The notes below the pieces were generated by a model, which did no database searches, had not been told where the DNA came from, and worked only from the letters and a program-made list of their open reading frames with translations. This document shows, in pieces, positions 19,501-31,562 of a DNA stretch of 64,000 nucleotides. The stretch spans positions 532,706 to 596,705 of the forward strand of contig JAWQFM010000026.1 of the NCBI GenBank assembly GCA_033442325.1, in the 5' to 3' direction. Each line of letters begins with the position of its first letter. The first letter of the stretch is position 1. The stretch is from Salpingoeca rosetta (lineage: Eukaryota > Protista > Choanoflagellata). The position numbers and the translations under genes were made by a program.

Positions 19501-22023
19501 GCGTACGTGAATGTGTTGTTGGAATGCACGAGGATGGTGATGTATGCACGTTGTTTGACTCTGCATGCTCGTGTGATTGACTGTTGTGCGTGAGTGTGTT
19601 CTTGACTCATTTGAATGTGAGTGTGTGTGTGCACACCTGCGTGGTGTTGATTGCAGCTTGAGCAACAACTCGATTGAGAAGGAAGGCTGTGTTGCGCTGG
19701 CTGGTGCACTGCGCGGACACACTGGACTTCAAGAGCTGTTGTAAGTGCAGCATGCATGGCGAAGTGTAATGGTTTGGGCATCCATGTGCGTACGTGAATG
19801 TGTTGTTGGAATGCACGAGGATGGTGATGTATGCACGTTGTTTGACTCTGCATGCTCGTGTGATTGACTGTTGTGCGTGAGTGTGTTCTTGACTCATTTG
19901 AATGTGAGTGTGTGTGTGCACACCTGCGTGGTGTTGATTGCAGCTTGAACAACAACTCGATTGAGAAGGAAGGCTGTGTTGCGCTGGCTGGTGCACTGCG
20001 CGGACACACTGGACTTCAAGAGCTGTAGTAAGTACAGCATGCGTTGTGAAGTGTTGTAGTTTGGCCATCCATGTGCGTACGTGAATGTGTTGTTGGAATG
20101 CACGAGGATGGTGATGTATGCACGTTGTTTGACTCTGCATGCTCGTGTGATTGACTGTTGTGAGTGAGTGTGTTCTTGACTCGTTTCAATGTAAGTCCGT
20201 GCATGCCTATCTGTGGTGTGTTGATTGCAGCTTGGACGACAACTCGATTGAGAAGGAAGGCTGTGTTGCGCTGGCTGGTGCACTGCGCGGGCACACAGGA
20301 CTGTATATCCTTGGGTCAGTGAACCTTGGTTGTGAGCAGTGTAGAGCGACTGTATTGCTGCATTGCAGGAGCATGGTGATGCATGTACGCCATTGGGCTT
20401 TGCTTGCTTGTGTGCGTGATGTGGTGGGCGAGTGTGTTCTTGACTCATTTGAATGTGACTGTGTGTGTGCACACCTGCGTGGTGTTGATTGCAGCTTGAG
20501 CAACAACTCGATTGAGAAGGAAGGCTGTGTTGCGCTGGCTGGTGCACTGCGCGAGCATACAAGGCTGCAAACTCTTTGGTTTGTCTATCTTGTATTGTGC
20601 TGCATCGCACTGCGCTTGTGCCGCTCTTGTTTACACTTGCACTGTCACCTCGGATACCCTTGCAATCGCAACGTCGGCCTTGACATGTGCGAATGCCACA
20701 GCTTCTGTTGCCCTCACATCTCCTGTTGTTTGTCTCTTTCAGGCTCCAAGGAATCGGCGATGCAGCTGCCCGCGCGTTTGGCGCGAAATGGCCACCTGAA
20801 GGCAGCGCCAGGCTGTTCCTGTACGTCCCTTTGGGCCAGAATGGTTTCTGTTGGTGTTGCGTCTTGCCTGTCGACCATCCGACGACGCATATGCCCGCCT
20901 CATGCTGTGACGTGTTAATTCTTCCTGCTTGCTGCTTCCAGAACTACTTCTGAACGCGCTGCGTTTGACGAAGGCCAGTGGCTGCAAGCACAAGTGCAGG
21001 TAAATCAGGTCTGCTGTCTATCGTGTTCACCATGGTCACCACTGTCGCATCGACGCCTCCAACATTTTATTTCACGCTCTTTTTGTTGCCTTCTGACGCT
21101 CTTTTCCCTTTTGACTCACGCATGACTGCAGGCACCCAGTGGAAACGACATCGACCTCGCCCGCCTACGTATGTCTTTTGAATGATGCGTGCAAGCATGT
21201 CCGCCAATGTTCTAATGTTGTCTTGATCACATCGGTTGATTGCATGAACCCTCAGAGATACTACCAACGAAACACTATCACCATGACATCTGTGAATGCG
21301 CCCTCGTGCGTCCATGCTTGTGGTGGCCCTTTTCAGGTGAAGAAATCGAGCGCCTTCAACGCGACGTACAGGAGAAGGATCAACAGCTGCAACGATCAGG
21401 TAGAATGGCGTATTGTCTCTTGCTCCCATATCCTGACTTAACGTGTGCGGGAACTGATGCAGAGGCTTCAGTGTCGTCGTTTTCATCCCTCAGACTATCC
21501 TCGGGTATTCACGCCAGCCTGTGTTCACATGTGCGCCCGAATGTTGCGTGTTGTGTGCTGTGTGCTGTCTTCATGTCAGACGAAGAAAACAAGCGCCTTC
21601 GACGCGTGGTGCAGAAGAAGAAGCAGCTGCTGCAGCACAAAGGTCTGGTCTGTTGTGCACTGAGGTGTCGTGTTCGGGTCTTGGAGCTGAGGGTGCATTC
21701 AGCCCATCCTGTTTCACCTCTCAGACTTATCCAGTTATCCCACAATCACGTGTTTACATGTGCGTCTGATTGTTGTGTGTAATGTCTTCCATCGCTTTTC
21801 AGGTGACGAAGTCCAGCGCCTTCAACGCGACGTGCAGGAGAAAGATCAGCAGCTTCAACGAAACGGTGGGCTAGCGTATGGTCACACTCCTATCCTGTAG
21901 TCTTATTCGCAGTTATTGTTGCGGGAGTGAGCAAAACTTCTGAGGGTGCATTGTGCTCATGCTCTATCAATTCTCAGAAGCTCACTGCTGCACTGATAAC
22001 TGGCTCACCAACCATCTTTCATC

Positions 22024-22122
<99 letters not shown>

Positions 22123-23796
22123 GTGCTCCCGTGAGCACAGACGAGGAGAAAAATCGCCTTTCACAACGCGTGGGCAAGTTGCAGACCGCCACCGCCAAAA
22201 AAGACAGCGCAATCACCCAACTTGGTATGTGCTTGGAGTGGGTGTGGACGTGCTGCGATTGCCATTCCTACTGATTATCTGTACACATCCCTCAACTGAT
22301 ACAAGAGTAACCTGACATTCCTTTCTTTGCCTCCCCCTCACCGTCCATGACTCTCAATTTCGCACATCTGCAGAGAAACGGCTGCGTCAACTGGAAGACC
22401 AAGCAGGTGCGTGTGTGTGTGTGTGTGTGTGCGCGCGCGCGCGTGTGTGTGCCTGTTTGTGTGCGTGCTCCCCACAACAAGTACGAACGTCGGTGCGCTC
22501 TCATCATTTTGCTTGGCCGCATTCCATCGGCTCTCACCATTTCTCTTGCACTTTCTCCTTCCAATGCCCGCTCTCAACAATGATGCAGAGTCCTTCTTCA
22601 ACCTCAACCTGGACCCAGCCCGCTTCACGACGAAGAACCGCGTCAGAGACAACAAGGGCAAGCCCGTCAAGGGTGCGTTCGGCAAGCTGTACCGCAGCAC
22701 GCTTGCTGGGCACGACGTGGCGCTGAAGGAAGTGGACGATGTTGAAGCGCGACCACGATTACAGCACCTGCTGACTGAGATGTACAGCACGACAGCAAGT
22801 GATGTTGACAGCAAGCGTGTGTTGCGAGAAGTGGCCGTCCTTGCGTCGCTCCGCCATCCGAACATCGTGCCGTTCCTCGGTCTCTGTTACGACAACGACC
22901 GCAACACGCTCTCCTTCGTGCTGAGCTGGGCGGAGAACGGGTCCCTGTACGACTACACACACGTGCACAAGAAAAACCTGAGTGATGTTGACAAGCTGCG
23001 CATCTTGAGCGAGGTGGCGGCTGCCATGGAGTTCCTGCATGCACACAACGTCGTTCATCGCGACCTCAAGTCGCCCAACGTGCTGCTGGACGCATCCCTC
23101 TCTGCCAAGGTGACGGATTTTGGCCTGAGCGCGTTCGTCTCAGAGGACGCATCTACGATGACACATGTTCGCGGCACGCGGTTCTGGGAATCGCCCGAGC
23201 AGCTTTTTGGACACGACCCTCGTGCAGACACGGACGTGTTCTCCTTTGGCTGCGTGGTGTGGGAGGTGTGGTTTGGCGTCGTTCCTTGGCACCACGGGCC
23301 GTACAGCGAGAAGGGTATCGTGTTTGGCGACCTTGTCTTCAAGTACAGCAAACACGAGTACCTGCCGCTTGATGAAGAGATCAATGGACGGCGATTGACA
23401 CCAGCGCTTCAGGCGCTGCTTCGCGGGAGTTTTGATGCGAGCGGCAACCGGGTTGATTTTTCTCAACTGCACGCCGCCCTCAAGTCGCGACACAAGAAAG
23501 CCAGTGAGCAGCAGGCGGACGATTTGCGGGAGCAGCACTTGCTGCTGCACGGACCACCAGATGCGGTGTGGAAGTTTCCACAGCAGCTGCTGGCTGCGGT
23601 TGAGGCAGCCCAGCTGTCGACGCGCCAATCTGTCTACATTGCACCACTTCAACTTGACGAGGACGCCGTTACTGAGGTGCGTGCGTGTGTGTGTGTGTGT
23701 GTGCCTTGGTTCTTCCCCATGCACCCAACGATTTCACCTCAGCTTGTTGCCAGCATTGTGCTCTTCGTAGATTTCTCACTTTCGCATCCAATGTGA

Positions 23797-23827
<31 letters not shown>

Positions 23828-23872
23828 TAAACGCACACACACACGCATACACGCACGCACGCATCCAACATA

Positions 23873-23923
<51 letters not shown>

Positions 23924-24768
23924 TCTCGCTCGCTCGCTCTCTCTCTCTCTCGTCCACCCTGCAGCTTGTCCATGCCGCTGGTGGCCGGACCGCCGAGCAG
24001 AATCCGCGCGAACCGTTTGGCCGCACATTGTGCCGCGTCGCCATCACGTGGTGCGATCAGAAGCTCGTCGCCTTCAACGGCGCCCTGCACCGCAACACCA
24101 CCCGCTACCGCGGCCACCTCACCAGCGCCGGCCACCCGTTTGCGCCCAAGTACGACCACGACACCACGACGGGCCAAGCGACAGATGCTGAGGAGCGGGC
24201 GGTGCTGGAGCGTGTCACCCGCGTTGGCGTGTACAGCATGCTCGATCCCTCCCTGCTGCCAAAGGACCCGCCACTGCGCATCCAGCGCGTGTTCCACGGC
24301 GTTGGGTCATTTGACGCCGTCCTTGGCATCCTGGGTGGCGACTTTGCACAACTGCAGAAGACGGACAAAGGGTGGTACGGTGCTGGCTTCTACTTTACAC
24401 CAGATCTCGACTACGCGCGTGCGTACGCTCAACCATGCAATGTTAGCGCAGACCACGACAACGTCCCAGCTGATCTGCGCTGCCTCAACCTTGAGCCAGG
24501 CAAGCCTTACCGGATTGTGCTGGCGTGCGATGTCATGTACGGCAACCCATATCCCGTGCTGGATCTGCATTTGAATGGGAAGCCGTTGGCGGGAGGCCAC
24601 GACGCGCACGTGGCAGTGGTTGACTTCACCAGCGGCAAAGTCAAAGCTGCACAGCCGTTCGAAACGCATTCGCAGTGGACCCAGGGCGATAATGTGCCAG
24701 CTGCGGAGATTGTGGTGACAGACCCTTCGTGCGTTCTTGTGCGGGCCATTCTTGTGTTTGAGGCCTGA
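16505..24768 (+). CDS. Cytosolic LRR (RI/NLRC3-like 28-aa repeats) - coiled coil - TKL-family protein kinase - PARP-like ADP-ribosyltransferase protein, about 25 exons
   Basis: ATG at 16505 ([13 protein letters not shown]..). LRR exon 16733-16822, then 13 x 84-nt LRR exons (17071-20578) and coiled-coil exons 21337-22406. Kinase exon 22589-23676: [34 protein letters not shown]. Last exon 23965-24768: [34 protein letters not shown]. Splice phases checked by hand are compatible from the LRR array to the stop. No signal peptide or TM segment seen. Confidence 0.85.
17071..20578 (+). repeat. Tandem array of 13 LRR exon+intron units (84-nt phase-2 exons; exact 287-bp period from 18509 to 20231)
   Basis: Exon starts: 17071, 17434, 17697, 17983, 18246, 18509, 18796, 19083, 19370, 19657, 19944, 20231, 20495. 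Each is preceded by TGCAG and followed by a GT donor. Consensus [28 protein letters not shown]. Confidence 0.95.
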
Positions 24769-25260
24769 GTCATAGTGCGTGTGGGCCTGTGTGCGTCCGT
24801 GTGTGTCTGTGTGTGTGTTTGTCCGTGTGTGTGATTGCGCACGCTTGTGTGCGAGCGTGCGTTTGTTGTGCATGCATTGTGTGGCACTGGCTCAACAGCT
24901 CAGTGGAGGCAATTTGCCATCCAGTCTCCCTTTCTCCACCCAATCTTTCCCGCAGCCCCTGGCCAGTTTCAGAGTTTCAGTCCTGTTTTGTTCTCATCAC
25001 ATCACTTTGATAGCCTTCATTGCCATGATTCTTTCTTTCTTTGTTACATTACACCACCCCTCGGTGTGTTCACTTTCCTCCTTCCGTCCTCGGTCATCAC
25101 TCAGCACTGTTATGCTCCCACCTTGTTCTTTTACGCACACTCTCCCACGCCGTTCGCTCGTTACATAGCCAATGTGCCTGCCCTGCTCCTAGCAGCCTAG
25201 CCTTGCCTTCCCTTGTGTTCTTCCGTCAATAGAAACAACAAGCGTTGCCTCATTCTTTCA

Positions 25261-25366
<106 letters not shown>

Positions 25367-25546
25367 GCTCGCGCCTTCACCACACATTCCACTGAATTCA
25401 GTTGCCACACACGAGACACCATAAAGTGCACACTGCCCACAATAAAAAAAATTGTTGTTCCTGCTCGCTCCACAATCACCCCTCCAACACAAACCACAAC
25501 CTTGCACCGACATCCATCACACAGCCAGGACTTCACCTTGAGCAGG

Positions 25547-25755
25547 ATGGTGTTTGAGACAATCCCCATTGCGCCCGAGGGTCAGTCAATGCTTCTTGTC
25601 GCCACTGGACAACACATGAGTGCTTGTATCTGGTACCTTGTTCGTTGAAGATGGAATTTCACTCGCATGCAACGTGCCTTCATGTCACACACACACACAC
25701 ACTCACACACACACACTCACACTCATACACACATACACACATACACACGCACACT

Positions 25756-25826
<71 letters not shown>

Positions 25827-26341
25827 TCACTCACACACATAGGCACCACGAGCAACTCCATTCTGGATGAGCGCGTGCAAATCCATGGCACCCGCATGGA
25901 CTGGGGCTCCCTCGGAGTGTAAGCTTGCGTGCTCACGCTGTGCTGTATGTCTTCACTCGTCTGTACTCGCGCTTCTCTGTTCTTCTCCTTTTCTCACTGC
26001 ACACCACCGCACTGCGTCGCCACCACTTGCTCCAGTCTCAACGTCGTGGATCCGGATGGCCTTCTGCTGATGCAAGAGTATGATGTTCCAGACAAAGGCA
26101 GCCGTCTCCACTTTATTGAAGAAAGCGGCCGCGATGTACGCTGTGTGTGTGCGTGTGTGTGTGTGCGTGCGACTGCATGTGCTTGTGTTCATGTATGTAT
26201 TGGGTTGAGTGGCACTCACAAACTCAATTGTCCACAACCACTACATTTCAGATCATGCGCGTGTTGTTGGAGCTCTACATGCACGTCGTTGCAGAGGACA
26301 GACTCAAGTACATTGTCACCACCTTCGATCGCATCGCAGAG

Positions 26342-26373
<32 letters not shown>

Positions 26374-26743
26374 TCACATGCTGCTGAGGCATGCAATGCA
26401 GTCCACTGCTGGTGTCACTGGCGTCTGTGCCATCCGCTTACTTTCGTTGTCGTACTGCTGCTGTCCATGCCTGTGCCATCTTCAGGATGATCCATCCACC
26501 ACAGATCTGCTCATTGAGGTGGCAGGCACCATCGAAAGGTGAGTTTTGTGGTGCTGTTTCGAGTTCCATGCCAACCACACGCGCTCGCCTGCAATGCCTC
26601 AATGTGGCCTGCTCCCAACCATCTTCATCGCCCCCTTTTGCCTCGTCTGCAGTGCACCACCGTCGCCGCTTCACCCATTTCTGCAGAAGCTTGAGATGCC
26701 CTCCCTCTACATCGCCCACCAGTCATCACGCGTCATCGCCAGG

Positions 26744-26781
<38 letters not shown>

Positions 26782-27627
26782 GAGAGAGACACACACACAG
26801 TTTTGTGTGCCTGTGTGCTTTCATGCATGTCTACGGCACCTTTGACCGGCCTCGTGTTTGCCACCACTCCCTCATGCGTCTGCTCCCTGTGCGCATTGCC
26901 CCTCCCACCTGCTTCCATGCAGGTTGATTGAGCACGGCGCACCGTACGAGGACAAGCACATCCAGACCTACCTCAACTGGCTGCAGAAGCAGCTGAGCCA
27001 CCAGGTAAATGATTAAGCACGCGTGGCCCAGATGCTTGCCTGTGCAGCCGTGAATGGGCGAGGTGGCGTGAGATGGAATGGGCGTGTAGAACGATGCACA
27101 CTTGCCCACATGGACTCGCACTCACCTCCTGTTCCCTCATGGACACTGTTCCCAAACTTCGTCTGTCTCCACTGTATGTGTGTGTGTGTGTGTGCGTGTG
27201 TAGGAGTCGAGTGCTGTGCGCCTGGCGCTGGCGGCGGTGGTTTCCGTCCTCAAGGTCCCGCGCAACCGTCCGCTCGTCGCTCACTCCCGAAGTCGGTCCA
27301 CTGTACTGCGCCGCTTGTTGTCTTGCGCCTCTACTCGAGGCAGTTGCTGCCCACCTTCGCCGCACACACACACTGCACGCTCGACATACACACACACACT
27401 ACACACTACACACTACACGCACACCACATACACACGCACTTGTTTCTCACCCACTCCACTGTTCGTGTGCAGGCTTCCTGGATGCCCTGAAATCGCTGCT
27501 GCACCCGAGCGGGCACTTCCAGATCCTCTATCAGGTAAGGCAATTTAGGTCATTGCGTGCATGACATTGTTTCTGCGACGAGGTGCTTTGCTGTTGTGAG
27601 CTTGTCACGCTTAAGCGAACCTGCTTT

Positions 27628-27712
<85 letters not shown>

Positions 27713-28829
27713 CACACACACACACTCACACACACACACACACTCTCACGCTCACATGCACACTAACTCACTCACTCACTCCCTCCCTCCCTCACGCATT
27801 TACCCGCTCTCTCCCTGCAGACGCTGGCGTGCCTGTGGATGCTGACGTTTGACGCGTCGGCGGTGCAGTCGATTCGCTTTGAGGTGCTGCACTCGCTCGC
27901 CATCACCGCTGTCGAGATTGTCAAGGAGGCAAAGAAGGAGAAGGTCACACGCGTCGCCTTTGCCTTTCTCAGGGTCAGTCACAGGCTGTGTGCATGTGTG
28001 TGTGTGCGTGTGTGCATGTGCGTGTGTACTTGGATATTGCGCGCTTGCATTCCTTCCTCTTCCTCAGCACGATGTGCTCACTCCACCCCTGCCTTTCCGC
28101 CCCTTTGTACGATATGTCCTGTTCAGAACTGCGTTGAGAACCTTGAGGCGAAGCAATCGCTCGAACTCTCCATCGCCATGGTCACGTGCGTCATCCCAGC
28201 ACGCCGCAGTCCACTCATGACTCGTGCAATATGAACTGCACACATGCACACACACATGCACGCTGGCGCACACATGCACTCACACACACACACGCGCGCG
28301 CACGCACTCACACACACACACATACACACACACACACACACGTGCGCACCTCACCGTTCCACCCCTGCTTATCCCTGGTTGCCTGCAGGCACAAGCTGCT
28401 GCCTGTTGTTGAGCGGCTGCACCGGGCGGCGGCGCACGAGGATGAGGAGTTGGCGGAGGACGTCGAGTTTCTGCTGGAGAAACTGCGCAGCTGCCACGAC
28501 CACATGAGCTCCTTTGACGAATACGTCGCCGAGGTGCGGGCTGCTACTGCTGCTGTTGTTATTTGTGCGGTGGTGAGCGTTCTGCTTGCCATCTCGCCTT
28601 CTCAGCGTTCTCCCCCGCCATACCCCCCTGTCTTGCGTGCATCGTGTCCCTCACACGCGTGCCTGTGGTGTCGGGTGCCAGGTGCGAAGCGGGGAGCTTG
28701 AGTGGACGCCCGTGCACCGCAGCAAGAAGTTCTGGGCAGAGAATGTGCTCAAGTTCAACGACAACAAGCATGAGCTCCTCAAGACGGTCGTCTCCTGCCT
28801 CACATCAAACAACCCGCAGGTGCAGTGTA

Positions 28830-28893
<64 letters not shown>

Positions 28894-29202
28894 GTGTGTG
28901 CGTGTGTGTGTGCGTGTGTGCGTGTGTGTGTGTGTGCGTGTGTGTGTGTGCGTGCGTGTGTAGTTGATGTACTTGTGATTCAGTGCATCCCCCTTCTTGC
29001 AACTACTCACCTTCACCGCCACCCTCACCACCATGTCAGACGCTTGCGGTTGCGGTGCACGACTGCGGGCAGTATGTGAGCCACTACCCGTTTGGCAAGA
29101 AGGTGCTTGAAGACCTCTCTGCCAAGAGCAAAATCATCGCACTCATGGAGGTAGGCAGCTGTGTTTGCACACAGGGAATTTGCTGCAGCTGCACTTAAAC
29201 AT

Positions 29203-29282
<80 letters not shown>

Positions 29283-29719
29283 ATCTCATCTCTTCTTCCC
29301 TCTCGTCTCTCCTCTTCTCCCCCATCGCTTCGTGTCTCATCATTCACAACCATCCTCCGTTCCGATCTTACACAACCAACCACTCAACCACCACCCCACG
29401 TGTTCACAGCACGAGGACAAGCAGGTCAAGTTTGAGGCCCTCATTGCGGTGCAGAAGATGGTGTCCGACAACTGGTACGTCAGTTGCCCCCTGCATTGCT
29501 CTGCCTTGCTTTTGCTCTGTCTTTGCTCGCCTTTGCTGTGTTTGCAGTAGGTGTGCTGTGCCGCTGCACACACAAACGCATGCAGAGTTGTCTTCAAGCC
29601 CCCCTCCAACCTCATCCTTCCTCACAGTACTCACAAACCACGATCACACGCGTGCATCTCGCCTCTGCAGGGAGTTCCTTGGTGCGCAGACGAAGAAGGC
29701 GGCCGAGGGCAGCGCTTAA
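25547..29719 (+). CDS. ATP6V1H: V-type proton ATPase subunit H, about 13 exons
   Basis: [95 protein letters not shown] are typical of subunit H. Candidate start MVFETIPIAPE at 25547; stop at 29719. Confidence 0.93.
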
Positions 29720-30078
29720 ATCACTGACACCCACAACCCATGCGCCACAACCTCCACCAACAACCCATTCGTCACCACCTCCACCATGGCCTCTCCCTGC
29801 ACTTCCCAGCAGCCCCCCCCCCTTCTCTCCTAGTGCTCGCTTCACACACAGTCCAGTTTCTCCTGTTGGGTTTGATGTGCAATACAGTCGATGTTGCAAC
29901 CTGGCTGCCCAATGTGTGTTGTGCGACTGGCAAGTCGTTTGCAGCGTGACTAATGCTGTTGAAGTGAGGGTGAGGGGTGAGGGGTGAGTGGAAGTTGAGA
30001 CACACACACACACACCAATTGCCTTCCCCATCTTTGAGCGCCGGGAGCAGTGTAAGATTTCAGCGAGTGTTCCCCAAT

Positions 30079-30192
<114 letters not shown>

Positions 30193-30225
30193 ACACAAAA
30201 CCACCACCAAGCAACAACAACAACG

Positions 30226-31164
30226 ATGATGACAAGTCGAGTCAGTGCGCAGAGGGCGGTGTTGCTTCTGTTGCGGCCTGCAGGAGCGAATGGCCGCTGC
30301 CGTGCTGGTGCTTGTGTTGGTGCTGGCGCTGCTGGCGCCCGCCAGTTGAGGCGAGACCTGAGCGTGGGCTGTGCGACCTTCGCTGCACCACACAGCCGCA
30401 ACACCAACAGTTGCCACAGCCACAGGGGCAGCTACGCATGTGGAAGACGCGCAACTGCGCCCAGTGCGCCAAGCACTTTGTATCATCATCATGGCCAACA
30501 AGGAGCAGCAGCAGCCCGACTGACACTGGAAGGAGCATCTCTGGCGGCCACCACGCGCGCAGCACACTCCCTAACCGTGCTGCCACCACGAGCAGCACTT
30601 GCAGACCCGCAATACAGCAGCGGAGTCAGGCGAGCGTCCGGCCGCTCCAACAGTGTCAGCAGCCCGCGAACCGCAAACAACGCACACAACAGCGCAGACA
30701 GCGCGGACAGTGCACACGACAGCCCCGCCACCTCCACGAACAACAGGAACGACGAGGCGGCCGCCCCACAGCGGCAACACGGCAGCAAGAGCAGACTACG
30801 CTTCGTGCAGTGGCTGACGGATGAGAGTGTCAACACAGACGGATATGGGCGGCACCGGCTGGCCATGTTGCGGAGATTGAACACGGTCCGTGCGTCGGCA
30901 AAGTACCGCTTTGAACGGGAGCAGGAGCGCCTGAAGCGGCTGCGTGCAAGGCAGCAGCACCAGTTTGAGCGCCTCAAGGAGCGCGCCACAACCACGCTCA
31001 TATCCGACTCCCTTCCTCGCACAGAGAAGATTGCCACTGTCCCCAACATGCTCTCGCTCTACCGCATCCTCATCACGCCCGTCATTGTCGCCAACCTCGT
31101 GGACGGGCACCCGAACATGGCCTGTGGCCTCTTTGCAACCGCTGCCATCTCCGACTGGGTATCG

Positions 31165-31203
<39 letters not shown>

Positions 31204-31444
31204 CTGCTCTCCCATCCCCCGCATATCCAAACCCCTCCCTCGCCCTCAGCTTCCCTTCACACCTACGACGCCTTGTCGCCACCATTCCACACGTGCTTTG
31301 ACCAGCTTGATGGTGCCATCGCCCGCAAGTTCCCGAGCCAGCGCTCCATCTTGGGCACTGTCGTCGATCCGTTTGCAGACAAGTTCCTCATCGTCGCCTC
31401 CGCCGCCTCTCTCGGCTACATCGGCGCCATGCCAGGTAGGTGTA

Positions 31445-31475
<31 letters not shown>

Positions 31476-31522
31476 TGTGTTTGTGTGTGTGTGTGTGCGT
31501 GTGTGTGCGTGTATGCGCTTGC

Positions 31523-31562
<40 letters not shown>

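Noticed and set aside
17071-20578. Regular repeat array resembling CRISPR or a satellite
   Set aside because: Units are AG/GT-bounded LRR exons plus near-identical introns. There are no unique spacers or cas genes, and the context is eukaryotic.
18140-20610. Repeated 221-238 aa minus-strand ORFs ([19 protein letters not shown]..)
   Set aside because: Antisense shadows of the LRR exon/intron units; no domain signal of their own.
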